DNA of 64,000 nucleotides from positions 1 to 64,000 of the forward strand of contig CAWVRN010000017.1 in NCBI GenBank assembly GCA_963932905.1, written 5' to 3'. Below the pieces are notes generated by a model. It was not told the DNA's origin and did no database searches. It was given only the letters and a program-made list of their open reading frames with translations. This document shows, piece by piece, positions 55,988-64,000 of this stretch. Source of the stretch: an uncultured Bdellovibrio sp. GTDB lineage: Bacteria; Bdellovibrionota; Bdellovibrionia; Bdellovibrionales; Bdellovibrionaceae. The position numbers were made by a program, and so were the translations under genes. The first letter of the stretch is position 1. The number at the start of each line of letters is the position of its first letter.

Positions 55988-58053
55988 CACATTGGATGGT
56001 ATTAAAAATTGCGGCTCGCAATGTTTTCTTACACCGAATGCGAACATTGGTAGTGGGTTCTATTTTGACTTTTGGCGCCTTCTTGGCGGTACTGGGGCAC
56101 TCGTTTGTCGATGGTATTTCTAAAGGAATGGAGCATAGCACAACTCAAAGTATTACGGGCGATTTGCAAGTTTATAGCGAAAATGCGAAAGATCAATTGT
56201 CGGTCTTTGGAAATATGGATGGCTCCCCGGTGGATGTCGGTCACATGCCCAGTTTTTCAAAAACTCAAAAAGAATTGGCAACACATTCGCAAGTGGCTTC
56301 GGTGGTACCGATGGGTACCAGCTTTGCGCAAGTGAGCCCCGGAAATATCCTTGATCATTTCCTAGAAAAACTTCGTAAAACGTATAAGGACCCTAAAAGA
56401 AATACGGTGGATTTGGAATCACAGAAACGTCGTGTGCGCTTTTTGGTCCAGGAAATTCAGAAAAACTTAGAAGGTAAATTCGAAGAAATTGGAATTCTGT
56501 CGGCTGCAGATGCCGCGCAAGCAAAGGTAAACTTGGAAAAAGTTTCGAGAGATGATTTCTGGAATGATTTTGATCCCAACTACGAAGACAAGATTGAGTT
56601 TTTGGCCAACAAGATCGCGCCATTAATTTTTGACGACAATATGATTTTCTTTAGCTATGTGGGAACCGATCCTCAATTATTTAAAGAAAAATTTCCTCAA
56701 TTTGAAATCGTCAAAGGGGAAATGATTCCTCCAGGGACGCGTGGCTTTTTATTTCATGACTATTTTTATGAAAACATGGTCAAACACCGTATCGCGCGGC
56801 GTTTGGATCAAATTAAAAAGAAAATGAAAGATGACAACCTAACGATCGCAGGCAGTAAAGAGATACAAGATCAGATCAAAGCCAATGTTGAACAATCCGC
56901 GGAAATTTATTTGCAACTGGGGCCGGCGGAAACAGAGACTTTGTCTGCAAAACTAAACACCCTGCTGGGAACGAACGAAAAAGACTTCCGTGCTTTATTA
57001 AAAAATTATCTAGATATGAAAGACGACAATTTTCACGCACGCTACGATTTCTTCTATAAAGAGATTGCACCGCACGTGATTCTCCATCGTGTGCAGATTG
57101 GTGATGTATTGCCATTGTCGGCGTTCACTAAAGGCGGCTCTTCTACGGCAGTAAATATAAAAGTTTATGGTACATTTCGATTCAAGAGCTTTGAAAATTC
57201 TCCGCTTGCGGGAAACTTCAGTTTAATGGATTTAGTGTCACTGCGTGAACTCTATGGTTTCTTGACGGATGAGCGCCGCGAACAAAATAAAGAAATCGAA
57301 GCCGAAATGGGACTGAGTGATGTTGGGCGTGATTCCATTGAGGATCTGTTCTCGGGCGCAGCCACGGAAACTGAAACCAAAAAAGTAGCGCCAACTAAAA
57401 AAGTAGATCTGAGCTTTACCAAAAGAGTAGTGGGATCTAACTACTCTTCCGAAGAGCTTAACAACGGCATCTACCTCCATGCGGCGGTCTTTCTAAAGGA
57501 CAAAGCTAAGCTAAGTTCCGTGTTGGAAGATTTAAATGAAATGTCTAAACGCGAGAAACTAGGTTGGAAAGCGGTTTCTTGGCAGGATGCCGCCGGTATG
57601 ATCGGTCAAATGACGTTCATGATGAAAGCGATCTTAAATATTTTCATCGGAATTTCTTTGTTGTTGGCTGGATTCATGATTATGAATTCGCTACTCATGG
57701 CCGCGATGGATCGCAAGCAAGAAATCGGCACGATGAGAGCCATCGGTGCGCACGGCCAATTTATTTATCGTTTATTCTTTTATGAAACATTGTTTATCAG
57801 TCTTTTGTTTGGAGGCATCGGTGTGATTCTAGGTTCGCTGGTTGTCTTATTGATTGGGAAAACAGGAATTCCGGCCAAAGGCGACGTAGCTACATTTTTC
57901 TTTTCCGGACCCAGGTTGTTTCTGCATTTAAATCCAAGCTTAGTTTTCATTGTCATTGCCATCATGATGGTAATAGCCATTTTAGCAACCCAGTATCCGG
58001 CTTGGAAGGCTATGAAAATTTCACCACTTCAAGCGATGCAAAAGAGAGAATAA
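55984..58053 (+). CDS. FtsX/LolE-like ABC permease with enlarged periplasmic domain
   Basis: IAARN..., EIGTMRAIG, ISPLQAM; 4-TM topology. Confidence 0.88.
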   Translation: MTHWMVLKIAARNVFLHRMRTLVVGSILTFGAFLAVLGHSFVDGISKGMEHSTTQSITGDLQVYSENAKDQLSVFGNMDGSPVDVGHMPSFSKTQKELATHSQVASVVPMGTSFAQVSPGNILDHFLEKLRKTYKDPKRNTVDLESQKRRVRFLVQEIQKNLEGKFEEIGILSAADAAQAKVNLEKVSRDDFWNDFDPNYEDKIEFLANKIAPLIFDDNMIFFSYVGTDPQLFKEKFPQFEIVKGEMIPPGTRGFLFHDYFYENMVKHRIARRLDQIKKKMKDDNLTIAGSKEIQDQIKANVEQSAEIYLQLGPAETETLSAKLNTLLGTNEKDFRALLKNYLDMKDDNFHARYDFFYKEIAPHVILHRVQIGDVLPLSAFTKGGSSTAVNIKVYGTFRFKSFENSPLAGNFSLMDLVSLRELYGFLTDERREQNKEIEAEMGLSDVGRDSIEDLFSGAATETETKKVAPTKKVDLSFTKRVVGSNYSSEELNNGIYLHAAVFLKDKAKLSSVLEDLNEMSKREKLGWKAVSWQDAAGMIGQMTFMMKAILNIFIGISLLLAGFMIMNSLLMAAMDRKQEIGTMRAIGAHGQFIYRLFFYETLFISLLFGGIGVILGSLVVLLIGKTGIPAKGDVATFFFSGPRLFLHLNPSLVFIVIAIMMVIAILATQYPAWKAMKISPLQAMQKRE

Positions 58054-58054
58054 T

Positions 58055-59377
58055 ATGAATGTTTATTTTATTATTGCTTTAAGAAATATTATTCAACGAC
58101 GTGTGCGTAGTTTGATGCTTGCCGGTTCGATCGTTGCGGTTTCCGTTATTTTTTCGTTGCTTCTAGCGCTTGTAAATGGCGTGCAAAAAACAATGGTGGG
58201 AAATGGAACGGCCTTGATGACGGGGCACTTGAATATTGCGGGGTTTTATAAAATCAGTCAAAGTTCGGCAAACCCTCAGGTGACAAAATATCCACCACTG
58301 ATAAAATACGCGAAAGAAAAAATTCCCGAAGCGGAGATCATTGTGGATCGCGTGAAGGCCTACGGAAAGGTGATCTCGGAAACGGACTCTACAATGATTC
58401 CTATGTGGGGCGTCGGCATGGAACAAGAACAAAATGTTTTAGGCCGTCTCGAGGTTGTGGACTCAAAAGATCCAAATCACAGAAGTGATCTTAACAAGCT
58501 TAGCGAACGTGGCACCATTGCACTATTTGAGGTGCATGCTAAAAAATTGAAAGTGAGTGTCGGCGACATGGTGACGGTGTCTTTACCGACCTACCGAAAC
58601 ATGAATAATACAAAAGACGTCAAGGTCGTAGCGATTTTGAAAGACGTCGGGATGATGTCGCAGTTCAACGCCTACCTAAATTCTCATGACGTGCGAGAAC
58701 TTTATCAAAACAAACAGGACTCAACCGGACAAATCATGATTTATCTGAAAGATTTAACTCAGTTGCAAGCTGTTGAAGCGCGTATGCGCAAAGACCTGAG
58801 TGAAATGGGTTATATTTTGATGGACAAAGAAGCGAACCCCTTTTGGATGAAATTTGATCGCGTGGCCGGAGAATCTTGGACGGGGCAGAAATTAGACATC
58901 ACAACCTGGGAAGATGAAACATCATTTTTGAAATGGGTAGTGAGTTTACTGGGTGCTTTGACATTTATTCTGACGATTGTTCTGTCTATTATCATCGTAA
59001 TGGGTTTAATCAACGCACTTTGGATGTCCGTTAAGGAAAGAACCACAGAAATTGGAACTCTACGTGCCATAGGCATGCAGAAATCAAAGGTGTTATGGAT
59101 GTTCATGCTAGAGTCGATGATTCTATCAGTGTCTTCAACATTCGTGGGTCTGATATTAGCGGCCATCATTAGTGGCGTATTAAACGCGGCAGCGATTCCG
59201 TTAGAAAATGATGCATTTAAAATGTTCTTGATGACGAATAATCTGTCTTTTAATTTCGGTGGTGCCCAAGCCCTAATAACGTTCTTTTCGTTAGTTATCT
59301 TTTTCACGATTGGTTCCCTGATTCCGGCATTTCAGGCAGCGAAGTTAAGTCCCATCGTGGCCATCAATCAGTCTTAA
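58055..59377 (+). CDS. FtsX/LolE-like ABC permease
   Basis: IALRN, ERTTEIGTLRAIG, LSPIVAI. Confidence 0.9.
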   Translation: MNVYFIIALRNIIQRRVRSLMLAGSIVAVSVIFSLLLALVNGVQKTMVGNGTALMTGHLNIAGFYKISQSSANPQVTKYPPLIKYAKEKIPEAEIIVDRVKAYGKVISETDSTMIPMWGVGMEQEQNVLGRLEVVDSKDPNHRSDLNKLSERGTIALFEVHAKKLKVSVGDMVTVSLPTYRNMNNTKDVKVVAILKDVGMMSQFNAYLNSHDVRELYQNKQDSTGQIMIYLKDLTQLQAVEARMRKDLSEMGYILMDKEANPFWMKFDRVAGESWTGQKLDITTWEDETSFLKWVVSLLGALTFILTIVLSIIIVMGLINALWMSVKERTTEIGTLRAIGMQKSKVLWMFMLESMILSVSSTFVGLILAAIISGVLNAAAIPLENDAFKMFLMTNNLSFNFGGAQALITFFSLVIFFTIGSLIPAFQAAKLSPIVAINQS

Positions 59378-59387
59378 GGAGTATTAT

Positions 59388-60182
59388 ATGACAAAATCGG
59401 TATTAAAAATTTTAGTGTCCATCGCGTTGCTTCCTTGCCTTACATGGGCAGAAAAAGAAAAGAAAGAAGAGCTCAGTCAGGGGCAAGCTGATGAAATCAT
59501 TAAGTTGGTGGATGATCGTCAGCGCAATTCAGGCGATTACAAATCTTTGGTATTCGTAAAAGAGACAGAGAAAAATAAAGAGCCCCGATTGTTCCAGGCG
59601 ATGGTGTATCGACGTGATGATGATGATAAATTTATGATTTTATTCACCAAACCGAAAGAAGAAGCCGGTAAAGCTTATTTGAAAATCGATAAGAATCTTT
59701 GGAACTACGATCCGGGAACGGGCAAGTGGGAAAGGCGCACAGAGCGCGAAAAATTAGCTGGTACCAATTCACGTCGTAGCGATTTTGACGAATCTAGACT
59801 TACCGTTGAATACACCACCAAATATGAAGGTTCAGACAAGCTAGGTACCTATAAAGTGTACAAATTTAAACTGACGGCTAAGGAGGGCGTTGATGTGGCC
59901 TATCCGATTTTAAGTTTATGGGTGGATCAAGCCGACAAGAATATTTTAAAACGTGAAGAGTACGCCTTGAGCGGAAAATTAATGCGCTCTTCATTTTATC
60001 CGAAATGGAATAAGAAATTCAGCGAGTCAAAAAAAGGTGATGTTTGGATTCCAGAGGAGATTCGCATTTTTGACGAATTGGAAAAGGGTAATTCTACCAT
60101 TGTTCTAATTAAAGAAACCGATCTGGGAAAGTTAGAAGAGAACATGTTCACGAAAGCATGGATTGAAAGTAAGAGTAAGTAA
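59388..60182 (+). CDS. LolA-like outer-membrane lipoprotein-sorting protein
   Basis: Signal peptide; F..P..EAGKAYL, NLWNYDP, LAGTN..RSDF; operon context. Confidence 0.8.
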   Translation: MTKSVLKILVSIALLPCLTWAEKEKKEELSQGQADEIIKLVDDRQRNSGDYKSLVFVKETEKNKEPRLFQAMVYRRDDDDKFMILFTKPKEEAGKAYLKIDKNLWNYDPGTGKWERRTEREKLAGTNSRRSDFDESRLTVEYTTKYEGSDKLGTYKVYKFKLTAKEGVDVAYPILSLWVDQADKNILKREEYALSGKLMRSSFYPKWNKKFSESKKGDVWIPEEIRIFDELEKGNSTIVLIKETDLGKLEENMFTKAWIESKSK

Positions 60183-61402
60183 TGACAAAGATGTTAAAAT
60201 CACTAATCGTAGTTTTTTTGCTGGCTTCCATAGCTCGAACAGAGGAGTTTCCTGGCGAGACACCAACAACAGCGATTGAAGATGAGTTTGAAAAAGGTTT
60301 TTCAAAAAACAAAGGAATGCGTGACGAAGACCATCGTTTTGTCGAAGGTGACCGTTTGAAAATTGGTGGTTACCTACAAGCCGAATGGATGGCGTATCAG
60401 TTGGAAAATTCGGCCACACAAGATTTTATTACCAGCCCCATGACTTTAGAACTGTACATGGACGCGCAGCTCAGAAATGATGTTCGTGCTTTTTTTAAAG
60501 GTCGTTTGCTGCATGATGCTTCCGTGGATGAATCAGTTCCGTCTCCGTTTACTGGCGCACCTCAAAAGCAAAACAGTAGTGTTCTGGATGAAATGAAAAT
60601 CAGTTTTCACACTCAGAGAAAAATATTTTGGACTATCGGTCGCCAGAAAATCAAATGGGGAGCTTCGAAATTTTGGAATCCGACAGATTTCCTGAATATG
60701 CAAAAGCGCGATTTCTTGCGCCAGGAAGATTTGCGATCTGGTGTTTCTATGGTGAAGGCCCATATTCCGTGGAAAGATGCGAATTTCTATATTTTAGGAG
60801 TGAACGAAGCGGCCAGTGAAAGCAGTCAAAACGGTTTAGGTGGACGCTTCGAATTGCCGTTCCAAACCGCTGAGTGGTCCGTTTCTAGTTATAGTCGCAA
60901 AGGTCAGAAAACTAAATTAGGCTCTGATATTTCATTCGCTATGGGCGATTTCGACGTTTATTTTGAAGGCGCTCAGACTGATTTCGCGACGGACAAAAGT
61001 GCCAGTGGTGGTTTGTCGTATGAATTTAAATATAACGATGAAGATACGGCGATGTTAGGTGTCGAAGGATTCTGGCAAGAAAATGGAGTGGACGATAAGG
61101 CCAGCTATATGGCTTTGGTGACTTCTGGAAAGTTTGTTCCTTTCTATGTGGGCAAGTCCTACACAGCGGCCTCACTCTATATGTTGAAGCCAGGCTCATG
61201 GAACAATTCGAACGTGTTGTTTTTCGCTATGTCCAACAATAATGATCGTAGTCAGTACTATCGAGTAACTTGGATTTACACCGGGGCTTCGGATTTACAA
61301 TGGACCGTGGCTTTGGGGGGGCGTACCGGCGCAACGGGTTCAGAAATGAAGTTATTCAACCAAACATATGATGGTTGGGTGCAAATGCGAGTTGCTTTTT
61401 AG
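60182..61402 (+). CDS. Putative outer-membrane beta-barrel protein
   Basis: Signal peptide, IGRQKIKWG...NPTD, amphipathic strands, C-terminal Phe. Confidence 0.75.
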   Translation: MTKMLKSLIVVFLLASIARTEEFPGETPTTAIEDEFEKGFSKNKGMRDEDHRFVEGDRLKIGGYLQAEWMAYQLENSATQDFITSPMTLELYMDAQLRNDVRAFFKGRLLHDASVDESVPSPFTGAPQKQNSSVLDEMKISFHTQRKIFWTIGRQKIKWGASKFWNPTDFLNMQKRDFLRQEDLRSGVSMVKAHIPWKDANFYILGVNEAASESSQNGLGGRFELPFQTAEWSVSSYSRKGQKTKLGSDISFAMGDFDVYFEGAQTDFATDKSASGGLSYEFKYNDEDTAMLGVEGFWQENGVDDKASYMALVTSGKFVPFYVGKSYTAASLYMLKPGSWNNSNVLFFAMSNNNDRSQYYRVTWIYTGASDLQWTVALGGRTGATGSEMKLFNQTYDGWVQMRVAF

Positions 61403-61469
61403 AATCAGCGTGGTGGCGGCAGAGATTGGCCGTTATGGTCTTTTAACGCGTAGTTTGAGAAATTCTAAT

Positions 61470-61489
61470 TGAAAATGATTATCATTTCA
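61470..61489. promoter_or_regulatory. Fur box
   Basis: TGAAAAT-G-ATTATCA (13/14 match to TGATAAT-n-ATTATCA) overlapping the perfect palindrome AAATGAT-T-ATCATTT, about 30 nt upstream of fur. Confidence 0.8.
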
Positions 61490-61519
61490 GGTATTCCCCC
61501 ATGCAGGGAGAGTTCAACT

Positions 61520-62026
61520 ATGTTTAACCATTCAAACCGTCAAAGTGAAACCGTACTGCCAATTCCATCGAGCAATGAAACCAGTTATTTTGACGAAAGC
61601 TGGACGGAAGAAGATTTAAAACAAATCATTCGCAAGATGAATTTGAAAGTCACACCTCAACGCATTTTGATTTTACAAACTTTGCACGAAGGCCGAGTTC
61701 ATATCACAGCGCAAGAGCTTTATGAGAAAGTGCAGAAAATCAATTCTGATGTGGGGTTCGCTACTGTTTATCGATTCCTAAAAGGTATGGCCGAAGCCCG
61801 TGTAGTGACAGAGTTGCGCATGGGATCTATGCCAACACGCTATGAATTAACTCCGAAGAAACATCATGATCATATGACGTGCACAGCGTGCGGGAAAATC
61901 GTTGAATTTCAGAACAAAAACATAGAAGATCATCAAGAAAAAGTGGCCAAGCAATACGGCTTCAAGCTGACTCATCACGTTCTTGAACTCTATGGAATTT
62001 GTACTTCATGCCAGATGAAAAAATAA
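61520..62026 (+). CDS. fur: Fur-family transcriptional regulator
   Basis: TPQR, ATVYR, HHDH, CTACG, CTSC. ATG 61520 after GGAG preferred. Confidence 0.9.
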   Translation: MFNHSNRQSETVLPIPSSNETSYFDESWTEEDLKQIIRKMNLKVTPQRILILQTLHEGRVHITAQELYEKVQKINSDVGFATVYRFLKGMAEARVVTELRMGSMPTRYELTPKKHHDHMTCTACGKIVEFQNKNIEDHQEKVAKQYGFKLTHHVLELYGICTSCQMKK

Positions 62027-64000
62027 ATGACTTTATAATCATTAAAAATGCGCGCGAACATAATCTCAAAGAAATTGATATCAAGATTCCGCGCAATAAA
62101 ATTACGGTTTTAACTGGACTTAGTGGCTCAGGAAAATCGTCGTTGGCATTTGACACCATTTATGCCGAAGGACAACGTCGTTACATCGATAGTTTGTCAT
62201 CGTATGCAAAGAATTTCTTAGATCAATTGAAGAAACCAGAATTAGATTCCATCACGGGTTTATCGCCGGCGCTTGCCATTGATCAAAAGTCAGCCGGAAC
62301 AAATCCTCGTTCTACAGTGGGCACTATAACTGAAATTTACGACTACCTTCGTTTGCTTTTTGCCAAAGTCGGCGTACCCGAATGTCCGACCCATCATATT
62401 CCTGTTGAATCACAAACACCGCAGGACATGTTAGAAGGTGTGCTTCGTTTAGGGGAAGGTTCAAAGGTTTTTATTTTAGCTCCGATGGCGCAAAATAAAA
62501 AAGGCGAGTTTTTGGCTGAATTTCAAAAATGGTTTAAGAAGGGATTCATCAAAGCCAAAGTTGATGGCGAGTTTATCGAGTTAGATAAAGCGAAAAAATT
62601 AACGAAAACTAAAGCTCATAATATTGATCTGGTTGTGGATCAGGTCATCGTTAAAGATAGCGTAAAGACGCGTATTGCGGAAAGTTTAAATACCGCGATT
62701 CAAATGGCCGATGGTCAAGTGATCATTGAAACGACTCAAGGTAAACGGACTTTGTTTTCATTAAAGTCATCGTGTCCAGTCTGTGGCTTTGCCTTCCCGG
62801 AATTAGAACCGCGTTTATTTAGCTTCAATAATCCGCGTGGTTATTGTGAAACGTGTAAAGGTCTTGGGACTTTAGATTTCATTGAAGAAGAAGTGTACGC
62901 TGATGGTGATGAAGGATCTCGAAAATTAGAAAAAGTTAAATACGTTTTGAAAAACCAATCCCAATCCGAAGACGACGAAGAAAATTCATTCGAGCCAGAG
63001 ATTCAAGATTGCCCGGACTGCCATGGTGGACGATTAAAACCTGAAAGTCTGAATGTCAAAATCACAGACAAAAATATTGTTGAACTAGCGAACCTAAATT
63101 TAACGGAGCTGAAAACGTGGCTTGATAATTATGCTCAAGGTAAAAAGTTAAAAGAGCGCGAGAAGTATTTAGCCGATAAAATCATCGCGCAAATTCAATC
63201 GCGTATTCAGTACTTGTTGCAGGTGGGTACCGGTTACTTGAGTCTGAATCGCACAGCTCGAACTTTGTCGGGTGGTGAATCTCAGCGTATTCGTTTAGCG
63301 ACGCAAGTGGGATCTTCGTTAATTGGAATCCTGTACGTGATGGATGAACCAAGCATCGGTCTTCATCCGCGCGATCATCATCGTTTATTAAAAGTAATTG
63401 AAGAACTACGGGATCGAGGCAATACGGTTCTGCTTGTCGAGCATGACGAAGACACAATTCGTGCGTCTGATTTTGTGGTCGATCTAGGTCCCGGCGCTGG
63501 TAAATATGGCGGCGAGATTTTAGCGCAAGGAACGCCAGCAGAAATCGAGAAAAATAAAAATTCAATCACGGGGCAGTATCTGAGCGGTGCGAAGAGCGTA
63601 CCAATGCCAGCAAAGCGTCGTCCTGGTAACGGTAAGTTTATCGAAATCAAGGGTGCTCGTGGCAATAATTTAAAAAATGTCGATGCAAAAATCCCGTTGG
63701 GGTTGTTCCTGTGTGTGACGGGTGTTTCTGGAAGCGGAAAAAGTACGCTGATCATGGATACGCTCTACAAACATTTAGCGGCCAAGTTTTATAAAGCACA
63801 AGTCAAGGCATCGCCATTTGATTCCATCACGGGACTAGAGCATATCGATAAAGTGATCGAGATCGACCAAAAGCCGATCGGTCGTACGCCTCGTTCAACG
63901 CCAGCGACCTATGTTGGATTGTTGCCTTTGATTCGAGATCTTTACGCGCAAATTCCGGAATCAAAACTGCGTGGTTATGGTCCGGGCCGTTTTAGCTTTA
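62008..64000 (+). CDS. uvrA: Excinuclease ABC subunit A, 3'-truncated by window edge (absent from the ORF track)
   Basis: ATG 62008: MPDEKINDFIIIKNAREHNLK...TGLSGSGKSSLAFDTIYAEGQRRY; LSGGESQRIRLATQ, DEPSIGLH, TGVSGSGKS. Confidence 0.96.
   Translation, partial: MPDEKINDFIIIKNAREHNLKEIDIKIPRNKITVLTGLSGSGKSSLAFDTIYAEGQRRYIDSLSSYAKNFLDQLKKPELDSITGLSPALAIDQKSAGTNPRSTVGTITEIYDYLRLLFAKVGVPECPTHHIPVESQTPQDMLEGVLRLGEGSKVFILAPMAQNKKGEFLAEFQKWFKKGFIKAKVDGEFIELDKAKKLTKTKAHNIDLVVDQVIVKDSVKTRIAESLNTAIQMADGQVIIETTQGKRTLFSLKSSCPVCGFAFPELEPRLFSFNNPRGYCETCKGLGTLDFIEEEVYADGDEGSRKLEKVKYVLKNQSQSEDDEENSFEPEIQDCPDCHGGRLKPESLNVKITDKNIVELANLNLTELKTWLDNYAQGKKLKEREKYLADKIIAQIQSRIQYLLQVGTGYLSLNRTARTLSGGESQRIRLATQVGSSLIGILYVMDEPSIGLHPRDHHRLLKVIEELRDRGNTVLLVEHDEDTIRASDFVVDLGPGAGKYGGEILAQGTPAEIEKNKNSITGQYLSGAKSVPMPAKRRPGNGKFIEIKGARGNNLKNVDAKIPLGLFLCVTGVSGSGKSTLIMDTLYKHLAAKFYKAQVKASPFDSITGLEHIDKVIEIDQKPIGRTPRSTPATYVGLLPLIRDLYAQIPESKLRGYGPGRFSF

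Noticed and set aside
1..64000. CRISPR arrays, tRNA/rRNA genes, prophage or defence systems
   Set aside because: No regularly spaced direct repeats, cloverleafs, rRNA signatures or phage/defence genes were seen by eye.

Overview
This is a bacterial chromosomal window. Gene content and order suggest a Bdellovibrionota (Bdellovibrio-like) organism, which is an inference. The left third (251-20584) follows the 3' end of an IS1-like transposase and is an accessory lipid-biosynthesis/modification island. It encodes a serine-palmitoyltransferase-like alpha-oxoamine synthase, an extended SDR, a DAG/sphingosine-kinase-family protein, a fatty-acid hydroxylase, a P450, a classical SDR, a BtaA/DUF3419 aminocarboxypropyl transferase coupled to a pyruvoyl decarboxylase, and an MMPL exporter. 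It also carries an unusual phosphotransfer set: two divergent ThiL-like proteins, two phospho-His swivel proteins lacking the ATP-grasp domain, a TMK-like kinase, a nucleotidyltransferase and a HAD phosphatase. Directly after the island is a ~400-nt, highly base-paired, terminator-ended segment (20672-21074) that looks like an unassigned large ncRNA. The rest is mostly core genome: prpDBC, phoD, gloB, mazG, 7TM-HD, ybeY, prfB (programmed +1 frameshift), lolC/E-lolD-bamA-skp-lpxA-gnnA-like-lpxB-lpxK-lpxL, a ~237-bp inverted-repeat element, rodA-mrdA-mreD-mreC, ppiD, cdd, maf, folE2, a second Lol-like ABC/LolA/beta-barrel system, fur with a Fur box, and the 5' part of uvrA. No rRNA, tRNA or CRISPR array was seen. 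All calls come from reading motifs by eye; no database searches or folding programs were run.
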